From: Squalus acanthias
Lineage: Eukaryota
Length of the DNA stretch: 64,000 nt
Direction: 5' to 3'
NCBI GenBank assembly: GCA_030390025.1
Contig: CM059429.1
Span: 131,936,001-132,000,000 of the forward strand
Within the stretch, counting starts at the first letter, position 1; the number at the start of each line of letters is the position of its first letter. The notes beneath the pieces were generated by a model that saw only the letters and a list, made by a program, of their open reading frames with translations, did no database searches and was not told the DNA's origin. Shown piece after piece: positions 37,186-47,654 of this stretch. Made by a program: the position numbers and the translations under genes.

Positions 37186-38046
37186 CCTTTGGTAATATAT
37201 ATCCATCAGGATGTTGCGTGGGGCTAAGGTATACTGTCAAAGTAAGCTTTGTGAGTTGCTGCAATGCATTCTACAGTTTATACTGCAGCCACAGACACAG
37301 TGTGCTGGTGGTGGAAGGGATAGATATTGAGCAAGTTCTTATGTTCTTCAGAAGCATCACTGCTCCAGCCTATGTTTTACATGCAACACAATCAGGATGA
37401 TATAACACATAAGAGTGATGCACTTGGAAATGATGTTGCAGCAATAACTTGCAGTTATGTAAACACCCCAAGATTAGCAGAGGTGACCAAAGGTTTGGTC
37501 AAAAAGGTGAGTTTTAAGAAGGCTTTTACATGGAGAGAAGAGAGGAAGAAAGGTTTAGAGAGTTCCAGAGAGTGTGGCCAAGGTGGCTGAAGGTTTTACC
37601 ACCAACAGCAAGGTGAAGGGAGGTTGCACAAATGGTTTGAGTCAGTACACCGAAGGATACAGAAGGGAATTCAACCCTGGAGTTTGCAATGGTAAGGAGA
37701 GCCCATGGCCATGGAGGGATTTTAAGATGAGGTTGAGAATTTTAAATTCAATGCATTGGGGGACAGGGAGCGAGGGTGGGCGAACAGAACCTAGTGCAAG
37801 ATCTACACTATTAAGGACAAGTGGCGAGCGTAATTTTTCCCAGCAACAATGGGCACATTTTTTGTGGGTTAAAAAAATCTTCCTGTACATCTTACAATAA
37901 AACAACCCCTTGATGCGTGCACCCACCCACCTTCAATAGGTTTTCAGTCTACATTTCTAGAATATCACACTGGGCTATAAATCCAAAACTACAACTATGT
38001 AATCTGAATTATTTTTGTTACAAGAAAATGTATACAAATGATCATT

Positions 38047-38397
38047 GTACTGAGGGAGTGCCGCACTGGCGGAGGTGTCGTCTTTCGGTTGAGACATTAA
38101 ACCAAGGCCCTATCTGCCCTCTCAGGTGGACGTAAAAGATCTCATGGCACTATTTCGAAGAAGAGCAGGGGAGTTATCCCCAGCGTCCTGGCCAATATTC
38201 ATCCCTCAATCAACATCACTAAAACAGTTTATCTGGTCATTATCACATTGCTGTTTGTGGGAGCTTGCTGTGCACAGATTGGCTGCCGCGTTTCCTACAT
38301 TACAACAGTGACTACACTTCAAAAGTAGTTCATTGGCTGTAAAGCGCTTTGGGATGTCCTGAGGTCGTGAAAGGCGCTATATAAATGCAAGTTTTTT
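38047..38397 (+). mobile_element. Deu-domain SINE (SacSINE1-like) lacking its tRNA head
   Basis: gagggagtgccgcactggcggaggtgtcgtctttcgg...gtaaaagatctcatggcactatttcgaagaagagcagggg...; L2-like tail. Confidence 0.85.
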
Positions 38398-38667
38398 TTG
38401 ATTCCGGGCTGTAAATTCCCTGCAGTAAGTGGCTCTAGTTGCACAGCCCTGAAGTGCTCTTCCTGCGCGGTAACATTGCCCCGCGCCAGTTGGCTGCCGC
38501 TGATTGCACGGGCAGAGCCGCCCAGGGCACACGCTGAGCCCAGAAGATGCCATTTAGTCCCCGGATCGCACAGTTTAAACACCCTGCACATCATTCACAA
38601 CCCTCGCTCAATTCAAGAGTTAATCACAGGTTTCTGTCAGTTCTTTCTAAAAGCCAAGTACTAAATG

Positions 38668-38770
38668 TATTTCTGACGAAAGGTCATCGACCTGAAACGT
38701 TAACTCGGTTTCTCTCTCCACAGATGCTGCCTGACCTGCTGAGTAACTTTTCCAGCACTGTTTTTATTTG
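38668..38770 (+). mobile_element. Short Penelope pseudo-LTR with intact hammerhead core
   Basis: CTGACGA-AAGGTC-ATC-GACCT-GAAA-CG-TT-AACT from 38673. Confidence 0.75.
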
Positions 38771-39187
38771 CTAAATTTAAGTCTCCGGGTTTTTCCTGTC
38801 CAACAAATCAAGGCGAGTGAACCATACAATTAGCAACAATTTGAATCTTTTGAAAAAGTCATTCGCCCCGCCCGCTCCCAGCGCCAAGCACATAAAACCA
38901 TAACACTTCAACACAACTGTGATTTAAATTTACTCACCTTGAAGTAGTTGGGATTTTTAAGTTTTATTTTTTTTCCCTCTTCAAAACGTTACAACTCTCA
39001 AAAACATCTATAGGAAGCCCTGGAAGCACAATCCAACCCCACTTTTCTGCAGGAAGCAGTTCCGCACGCAAACAACTATGAACTAATAAAGACGGACCTT
39101 GTCCTCAAAATGCTCAACAAAAGAGACAGAATTTTGCACCAAAAAAAAGACCCATCTGGAACACACAAAAGTTCGACTCGCACGTAC

Positions 39188-39254
39188 CTCCGTATGCCTC
39201 CGCTGTAAAGGTGCACAGGATAGAGAGAAAAATGCATCTGATAAAAATGTCCAT
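39188..39254 (-). CDS. SRPX: SRPX first coding exon: signal peptide MDIFIRCIFLSILCTFTAEAYG (phase 1 end)
   Basis: Kozak-like gcagcATGG, hydrophobic core with an AEA cleavage motif, donor GAG|gtacgt. Joins exon 6287-6358 in frame. Confidence 0.85.
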
Positions 39255-39500
39255 GCTGCGCTCTGGTAGTTCCCCTTCAACGTATAAGAAAAAAGGTTTA
39301 CATTAAAAACTACTCCGAGTAAAAACACCGCCTTTACCGGAAACCGCTTCCCCGAGTCAGTGAGCTGCCGTCCAAAACTACCTGATTGTAGCCGAGAGCG
39401 GCCAGCGGCTGTGCCCAGCTCATCAAACCCCCGCACCCGAAAGAATAGGGAGTGTGTAGTCACACAGTAACAGGATTCGAAAGTAGCTGGCAGAGTAACA
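39255..39500 (-). promoter_or_regulatory. SRPX: Putative SRPX 5' UTR/promoter (locally CpG-enriched)
   Basis: CpG-dense, apparently non-repeat sequence directly upstream of the ATG; (TA)n at ~39646-39664. The TSS cannot be located from sequence. Confidence 0.55.
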
Positions 39501-39645
39501 AGAATGGTAACACTTGTTTGGAATACGTTTCTGTATTTTAAAGGAATATCAATGTTATGGTTGGAAGGATTCCGTTTAGTACAGAACATAGCATTGGAGG
39601 AATAGAAGAGCAATTTAAAAAAGTGACGTTAAAATTGCATTCGTT

Positions 39646-39677
<32 letters not shown>

Positions 39678-40124
39678 TGATCAGCATTTTAGAGTTTCGG
39701 AGGATATTTTGTGAATCACCCTGTGTTACAGTAAGTGCTTTCTTATGAACACGAACATCTCGTTCAGACTTTGACTGTGACTGAAATATTAGCACCAACA
39801 GACAGCTAGCTGCCATCAAAAACAATGGAAATGATAATTTAATAGTCAATTGCTTTTCTGTAGACATTTACACTACACTTTTGGAACCAGATCAGTGGTA
39901 AATCTAGTTTTAAAAAGTATTAAAGAAAGAGATATATTCTAAACTTCTCAATACTGCAAGAAAGAAATTGTGTTCACATAAAGGAACAAAGTAATATTTC
40001 TAATGTTATTGCACTGATGGCCAATACATTTTTGGTGCATAGAACTGGGAGCCTGGATATTGGTTCCCCTACGCTTCCTATATAGTTATGCCCTTAATCT
40101 CCGCCTGTTGCGAGATGTTTTACC

Positions 40125-40805
40125 AACACCAACTTGCATTTATAAAGTCCTTTAACAGAAAAATATCCCAAGGCATATCACAGAGGCAAAAATCAATAAA
40201 ATGGACGCTGGATCAAAGAGGCAGATAATGAAGGGTGTCCAAAAGCTTGGTCAAAGAAGAGGGTTTTAAGGACGGTTTTGGAAGTGGACAGGCAGAGTGG
40301 GTTGGGAACAAATTTCACAGCGTGGGACCGAGGCAATTGAAGACACAACCACCAATGATGGGGCGAATCAAGTAGGTCAGAGGAATGGAGAAACTGGGGG
40401 GGGGAGAGAAGGAGAATTGTAGGGCTGGAGGAGGTTGCAGATGAAGAGGGGCAAACTCATGAAGGGATTTAAACATGAGGATCAATATTCCTTCTAAACT
40501 GTAAGGGAAAGGTCCCACACAGGCTGCTCACTGGCTTCTCCATATAAATGCCACGCATGCGCGAAAATTTAAAGGGGCCGCGCAGAACAAAGTGCAGCTC
40601 ACAGGGAACATTGATGAGTATCATATTTTTAAATATTGTTAAGGCATTGGGAGAGTGGGAGCCAATCTAGATCAGCGAGAACAGAGGTGATGGATGAGCA
40701 GGACTTTTTGTGGGATAGTTTATGAGCAGCAGAGTTTTGGATGAGCTGAAGTATCTGGAGGATGGGAGGCCAGCCAGGAAAGCATTGGACTAGTCGAGTC
40801 TGGAA
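40125..40805 (-). mobile_element. L2 3' fragment interrupted by a hAT MITE
   Basis: Similar to the L2 at 13073-13640. Confidence 0.75.
40483..40613. mobile_element. hAT-like MITE
   Basis: TIRs CAATATTCC / GGGAACATTG; 8-bp TSD ATGAGGAT / ATGAGTAT (7/8); same family as 21281-21427. Confidence 0.8.
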
Positions 40806-40996
40806 TCCTCAGGGAGGAGCTGGTTTAGAAAAGATTCTAAGGGAGTAAGGAGACTGGAATAGACACGAGCCAAAGCTAAAATAAGCTCTGAGTTGTGAAA
40901 TTAGGCAAAAAGGATGAAGGTATTGAAACAAAAATAAAGATTTTAGTCTGCTTTTGGAATGATGGGTGTCCCTTTAAATCCAGTCACAATACTTAA

Positions 40997-41722
40997 GGAA
41001 TAAAGTTTCCGCTTTGGGCGCAATCGGTGATCCGGGCGCAAATTGTGCCCAAAATTGCACGAGTTTTGAGAGGTATTTTTTTTTCCTCACATTTCTGCTC
41101 AAATGCATTTGCATATTAGTGAATGCAAAATCTGCCACGAACCAGCACAATCGGACAGCATTTTAGAACGTAATTTTAAAAAAAATTTGCTTAAAAAAAT
41201 GCCCTTCATATATTTAAGAGTGGTAACTTAGTGCAGTTTGATAAATACAGCTAAAAAAGGGTTTAGCACAAAAAGAAATCAGCATTTTAATCAGTGTTTA
41301 GTCCACCACTTGTGTGTAACCCAATTTTAAATAACTGAAAATAACTTTAAAAAACTATACAGAATGATTTGCTAGTTATATTGGTGTACAGTAAATTAAA
41401 CAAATATATATTCAAAAGCTTTTAAAATGTGCCTATTAGTGTCCTTCACCCTAAAAAAAGCTTAATTTTCAGAGCCTCCTAGAAAGTCATCAAACGAGCA
41501 CAGTTAGCGGAAACTCGCAATGGTCATTAATTCGATCTGGGGGCGTGGCCAGGGCCAGCTTCTGGCACGATGTTTTTTAAACTAGCGCAGAAGATCGTGG
41601 AAACTCGAGTTGCGCTGAACGTAATTTGCACTTAAAATTCTGTGACCTTTTGCGCTGGTTTGGCCAATTTCAGGCAAAATTGGGCCGAAAAAAACAGCAC
41701 AACCTATCGGAAATTCCAGGCC
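40997..41722. mobile_element. Harbinger-like MITE (inverted relative of 55418-56140)
   Basis: Colinear reverse-complement similarity with 55418-56140; terminus CGGAAATTCCAGGCC. Confidence 0.75.
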
Positions 41723-42091
41723 AAGGAGTTTAAACACCAGCTAGAGTCAGAATCTTGTACCAAACTTAACTTGATACAAATGGTTTTATAAGGCTCGATG
41801 GAGGAGTTGAGCTACTTTCAAGCAAACAGACTAAATAAATGCTGTGGCTACGAGAGCAGGTCAGAGACTGGGTATTCTGCAGTGACTGTCTCACCAAAGC
41901 CTCTCCACTATCTACAAGGCATGTCAGGAGTGTGATGGAATACTCTCCACTTGCCTGGATGAGTGCAGCTACAACAACACTTGAGAAGCTCAACACCATC
42001 CAGGACAAAGCAGTCTGCTTGACCGGCACCCCATCCACCACCTTAAACATCCACTCTCTCCACCACCTGCACATTGTGGCTGCAGTATGCA

Positions 42092-42628
42092 GAATCATAG
42101 AATGATACAGCGCATCTGCCATGCGTCTGCCCATTTTGCCAGTCTGTCTCTGTCCTCCTCAAGTCTGTTTACTATGTTTCTGAGTTTTGTATCATCTGCA
42201 AACTTTGAAATTATGCCCGCTATACCCAAGTCCAGGTCATTAATAGATATCAAAAAGAGCAGTGGTCCTAATAGTGACACCTGGGGAACACCACTGTATA
42301 CTTCCCTGCAATCTGAAAAACAACCATTCACCACTGCTCTCTGCTTTCTGTCCCTTAGCCAATTTTTTATCCATGCTGCCACTATCCCTTTAATCCCATG
42401 GGCTTTAATTTTGCTAAGTCGTCTATTATGTGGTATTTTGTCAAACGCCTTTGAAAGCCCATACACACATCATCAACCGCACAACCATCATCAACCCGCT
42501 CCATTATTTCATCAACGAACTCAATCAAGTTAATCAAACACGATTTGCCCTTTAAACAAATCCGTGCTGACTTTCATTTATTAGCCCATACTTTTTTTAA
42601 AAGCAATTAATTTTGTCCCAGATTATTG
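42092..42628 (-). mobile_element. CR1 RT fragment
   Basis: SKAFDKIPH...GVPQVSLLGPLLFLISINDL...KFADDTKL. Confidence 0.85.
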
Positions 42629-42874
42629 TACGATCTACAAGATGCACTTAAGCAACTTGCCAAGGCTTCTTTGACATCACCTAGAAGGATAAGGGCAGCA
42701 GTTGCATGGGAACACCATCACCTGCAAGTTGCCCTCATAGAGTCATAGAGTTATACAGCACAGGAAGAGGCCCTTCGGCCCATCGTGTCCACACCGGCCA
42801 TCAAGCCCCGTCTATTCTAATCCCATTTTCCAGCACTTGGTCCGTAGCCTTGTATGCTATGGCGTTTCAAGTGC

Positions 42875-44557
42875 TCATCTAAATGCTTCTTGAAAGTTGA
42901 GGGTTCCTGCCTCTACCACCCTTTCAGGCAGTGAGTTCCAGATTCCAACCACCCTCTGGGTGAAAAAGTTTTTCCTCAAATCCCCTCTAAACCTCCTGCC
43001 CCTTACCTTGAAACTATGCCCCCTGGTTATTGACCCCTCTACTAAGGGGAAAAGTTCCTTTCTATCTACCCTATCTATGCCCCTCATAATTTTGTACACC
43101 TCAATCAGGTCCCCCCTCAGCCTTCTCTGCTCTAAGGAAAACAACCCCAGCCTGTCCAGTCTCTCTTCATAGCTGAAGCGCTGCAGCCCAGGTAACATCC
43201 TGGTGAATCTCCTCTGCACCCTCTCCAATGCAATCACATCCTTCCTATAGTGTGGCGACCAGAACTGCACACAGTATTCCAGCTGTGGCCTAACTAGCGT
43301 TTTGTACAGCTCCATCATAACCTCCCTGCTCTTATATTCTATGCCTCGGCTAATGAAGGCAAGTATCCCATATGCCTTTTTAACCACCTTATCTACCTGT
43401 CCTGCTGCCTTCAGGGATCTATGTACATGCACACCAAGGTCCCTCTGATCCTCTGTCCTTCCTAGGGTCCTATCATTCATTGTGTATTCCCTTGCCTTGT
43501 TAGTCCTCCCAAAATGCATCACCTCACACTTTTCAGGGTTAAATTCCATTTGCCACTGTTCTGCCCATCTGACCAACCCGTCTATATCGTCCTGTAGCCT
43601 GAGGCTCCCCTCCTCGCTATTTACCACCCCACCAATTTTCGTGTCATCTGCGAACTTACTGATCATACCTCCTACATTCATATCTAAATCATTAATGTAC
43701 ACTACAAACAGCAAAGGACCCAGCACCGATCCCTGCGGTACACCACTGGACACAGGCTTCCAGTCACAAAAACAAACTTCGACCATCACCCTCTGCCACC
43801 TGCCACCAAGCCAATTCTGGATCCAATGTGCCAAGTTGCCCTGGATTCCATGGGTTCTTACCTTCTTGACCAGTCTCCCATGCGGGACTTTGTCAAAAGC
43901 CTTACTGAAGTCCATGTAGACCACATCAACTGCACTACCCTCATCCACACACCTAGTCACCCCCTCGAAAAATTCAATCAAATTGGTCAGACATGATCTC
44001 CCCCTAACAAAGCTATGCCGACTATCCTTGATTAATCCTTGCCTCTCCAAGTGGAGACTAATTCTGTCCCTCAGAATTTTTTCCAATAATTTCCCTACCA
44101 CTGATGTTAGGCTCACTGGCCTGTAATTCCCTGGTTTATCCCTACTACCCTTCTTGAATAATGGTACTACGTCAGCTGTTCTCCAGTCCTCTGGCACCTC
44201 CCCTGTGGCCAGAGAGGTTCTGAAAATTTGTGTCAGAGCCCCTGCAATCTCCTCCCTTGCCTTACACAGCAGCCTGGGATACATCTCGTCTGGGCTTGGG
44301 GATTTATCCACTTTTAAGCCTGCTAAAACTGCTAGTACCTCCTCCCTCTCAATACTAATTTGTTCAAGTATATCAGAACACCCCTGCCTGATTTCTATGC
44401 CTACATCGTCCTTCTCCATAGTGAACACAGATGCAAAATATTCATTTAAAACCTCACCTACATCTTCCGGCTCTACACACAGATTGCTACTTTGGTCCCT
44501 AATGGGCCCTACTCTTTCCCTGGTTATCCTCTTGCCCTTAATATACTTATAAAACAC
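42875..44557 (-). pseudogene. CR1 ORF2 reverse transcriptase portion (560 aa open), separated from the APE domain by frameshifts
   Basis: Complete set of RT motifs; the upstream part of ORF2 is broken across frames. Confidence 0.88.
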
Positions 44558-45538
44558 CTTGGGATTTTCCTTTATTTTGCCCGCCAGTGTTTTTTCATGC
44601 CCCCTCTTCGCTCTCCTAATTTCTTTTTAAGTACCCTGCACTTTCTATACTCCTCTAGGGCTTCCACTGTTTTTAGTCCTTTGTACCTGCCAAAAGCCTC
44701 CCTTTTTTTCCTAATCCATTCTCGTATATCCCTTGACATCCAGGGTTCCCTGGGCTTGTTGGTCCCAGCCTTGACCTTTACGGGAACATGTTGCCGTTGT
44801 ACTCTCTCTATTTCCTTTCTGAAAGACTCCCACTGCTCTGATGTGGATTTTCCTACAAGTAGCTGATCCCCTCTCTTGTAGGACTTTCTACATGCTGGCT
44901 CAAAAAGCTCTCCTGGATGCACTTTAGGAATTCCACACCCTCTAAGCCTTTCACACTCTGACTATCCCAGTTAATATTGGGGAAGTTGAAATCCCCTACT
45001 ATTATTACCCTATTATTTCTACACTTCTCTGAGATTTCCCTACATATCTGTTCCTCTATCTCCCCCTGACTGTTTGGGAGCCTATAGTACACTCCCAGAA
45101 AAGTGCTTGCCCCCTTTTTGTTTTTAAGTTCTACCCATATGGCCTCATTAGAGGAACCTGCTAAGATATCATCTCTCCTTACAGCAGTATTTGACTCCTT
45201 GATTAATATTGCGACACCCTCTCCTCTTTTACACCCCCCTCTGTCTCGCCTGAAGATTCTATCCCCCGGAATATTGAGCTGCCAGTCCTGCCCCTCCCTC
45301 AACCATGTCTCTGTAATAGCAACAATATCATACTCCCATGTGTTCATCAACACCTTCAATTCATCTGCCTTACTCGCAAGATGCCTTGCATTAAAATAAA
45401 TGCCATCCAGCCTTGCCATACTCCCTTGTGCCGTTACATATTTGCTCTGCCTTCCAGGCTGACTTGTTTTTTCCTCTATATTTGGCTGTGCATCACCCCC
45501 TACTATAGCTCCACTCCGTATCCCACCCCCCTGCCAAG

Positions 45539-46489
45539 TTAGTTTAAACCCCTCCCAACAGTACTAGCAAACCTCCCCGCAAGGATGTTGGTCCCGTTCC
45601 GGTTCAGGTGCAACCCGTCCGACTTGTACAGGTCCCACCTTCCCCAGAAGCAGACCCAGTGATCCAGGAAACTAAAGCCCTCCCTCCTGCACCAACTCTT
45701 TAGCCACGCATTCATCTGCTCTATCCTCCTATTCCTATACTCACTAGCACGTGGCACCGGAAGTAATCCAGAGATTACAACCTTTGAGGTCCTGCTTTTT
45801 AATCTGCTACCTAGCTCCCTAAATTCTTGTTGCAGGACCTCATCCCTCTTTCTACCCATGTCGTTGGTACCAATGTGAACCACGACCTCTGACTGTTCGC
45901 CCTCCCCTTTCAGAATACCCTGCAGCCGTTCAGTGACATCCTTGACTCTGGCACCAGGGAGGCAACATACCATCCTGGAGTCACGTCTGCGGCCACAGAA
46001 ACGTCTATCTGTTCCCCTTATGATAGAATCCCCTATCACTATTGCTCTCCCACTCTTTTTCCTTCCCTCCTGTGCAGCTGAGCCAGTCGTAGTGCCACGG
46101 ATTTGGCTCTTGCTGCATTCCCCTGAGAAACTATCTCCCCTATCAGTATCCAAAACGGAAAATCTGTCGGAGAGGGAGATGGACCCAGGGGACTTCTGCA
46201 CTACCTTCCTAGTTCTTTTACTCTGTCTGGCTGTCACCCATTCCCTGTCTGCCTGTGCACTCTTTACCTGCGGTGTGACCACCTTGTTAAACGTGCTATC
46301 CACGAAGATCTCAGCTTCGCGGATGCTCCACAGTGACTCCAGCCACAGCTCCAGCTCCGAAACGCGGATTTCGAGTAGCTGCAGCTGGAGACACTTCCTG
46401 CACATGTATTCGCCCTGGACACCTAAAGTGTCCCTGACTTCCAACATAGCACAGGAGGAGCACTCCACGCTGCTGAGCTGCCCTGCCAT
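45539..46489 (-). CDS. CR1 ORF1 protein (316 aa; Zn-finger/coiled coil + SGNH/GDSL esterase)
   Basis: CSSC...CRKC, IVIGDSIIRG, LPGARVKD, VHIGTND, DGLHLN. Confidence 0.88.
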   Translation of the reverse strand: MAGQLSSVECSSCAMLEVRDTLGVQGEYMCRKCLQLQLLEIRVSELELWLESLWSIREAEIFVDSTFNKVVTPQVKSAQADREWVTARQSKRTRKVVQKSPGSISLSDRFSVLDTDRGDSFSGECSKSQIRGTTTGSAAQEGRKKSGRAIVIGDSIIRGTDRRFCGRRRDSRMVCCLPGARVKDVTERLQGILKGEGEQSEVVVHIGTNDMGRKRDEVLQQEFRELGSRLKSRTSKVVISGLLPVPRASEYRNRRIEQMNAWLKSWCRREGFSFLDHWVCFWGRWDLYKSDGLHLNRNGTNILAGRFASTVGRGLN

Positions 46490-47654
46490 GTCCTACCCTT
46501 AATTTACTCCCTTTAAATTAAAGATTAAATACACTAGGGACCTTACTTCCCTTTAAACACTACTTACTCTAAACTAGAGACCTTACTTTTACTTTAATGA
46601 CTAGAATGTAGAAATACTGTAGAAATACTCACCGCTGGTTCTCTGTCCCCTCTTGTGCAGCTTTTTAGCTCCTGCACTCCTGGAAGCTGACAAAGATGGA
46701 AAAAGAAAGGAACACCTCCCTCCCTGAACTCCCTCACTCACCAAACTCGCAGCTTAACACACTGTTCTGATCTGCACTCCGTCACAAACCATCCTGACAT
46801 GGAATAGATATCCGTTCCTTCATCGTTGCTGGGTCAAAATCCTGGAGCTCTCTACCTAACAGCACTGTGGGAGTACCATCACCACATGGGCTACAGCGGT
46901 TCAAGAAGGCGGCTCACCACCACCTGCTGGCCTCACTAGTGATGCCATACCCCGAGAATGAATAAAAAAAGATGATTTGTTCTGTTGTATAGCCAGTTAT
47001 TTTCAAATGTGATCAATGGTTAAAATCACGGAAGTCCCAGTAAATATTTTTGGGGACAGTTAAGAAGCTGTAGGTTTAGAATTATTAAAATAATATTTTA
47101 AGCCAACATCAGCTCCTGTGATAAATGATAAGAAATACCAGAGAAGAAACAGTGTATATATACAACTATTCTACAAAAGAATAGCTTAGCATTAGATTGT
47201 GAAATGTTTATTGTTTTACTTTGAGGAGTTTGACAGAAGTAAATATATATATAACTCATTAATTTTTGGAAAATAAAGTTAATGAATAAGTTAAACTTAA
47301 AATTAGGTCTGAATTTGTGATTGCTTATTGAAGGCAGAAGAGGTCCTGTAGAGGCATAAGATTATTCCACTAGTTAAAAGTAACAGAAAGGTTGTTCTGT
47401 CTTTATCCTTGGCACATTACTTCAAGTTTAACTAAATACCAAGACTAATGGAGCTTCTCTCAGACATAGGGAGCTAGGACTCACTTGTAAGAGTGATATA
47501 AAATTTGAAAGCCAAAAACCTAAATTCAGAAGGATTAAAAAAAAGACCCAAAATTGTAAACGGGGCTACTATGAGGGAACTCAGGAAGAACTGAGAGAAT
47601 GTAACTGAAACAAAAGGAAGAAAAAGCCCTTCGAAGTCCAGTTCTAGAAAATAA

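Larger units (their letters stand above)
42736..46780 (-). mobile_element. Young near-full-length CR1 LINE (family A): intact ORF1, frameshifted ORF2
   Basis: 5' UTR ~46490-46780; ORF1 45539-46489; APE 44853-45419; RT 42875-44557; tail ctctatgactctatg. Confidence 0.96.
41840..46970 (+). mobile_element. Older LINE 3' end (CR1/L2 group) split in three by younger insertions
   Basis: Pieces at ~41840-42091 (VRSVMEYSPLAWMSAATTTLEKLNTIQDKA), ~42630-42735 and 46781-46970, ending AATAAAAAAA. Confidence 0.7.

Noticed and set aside
39083-39613. 176-aa ORF across the SRPX promoter
   Set aside because: Non-ATG start, no recognisable domain, and out of frame with the signal-peptide exon it overlaps.
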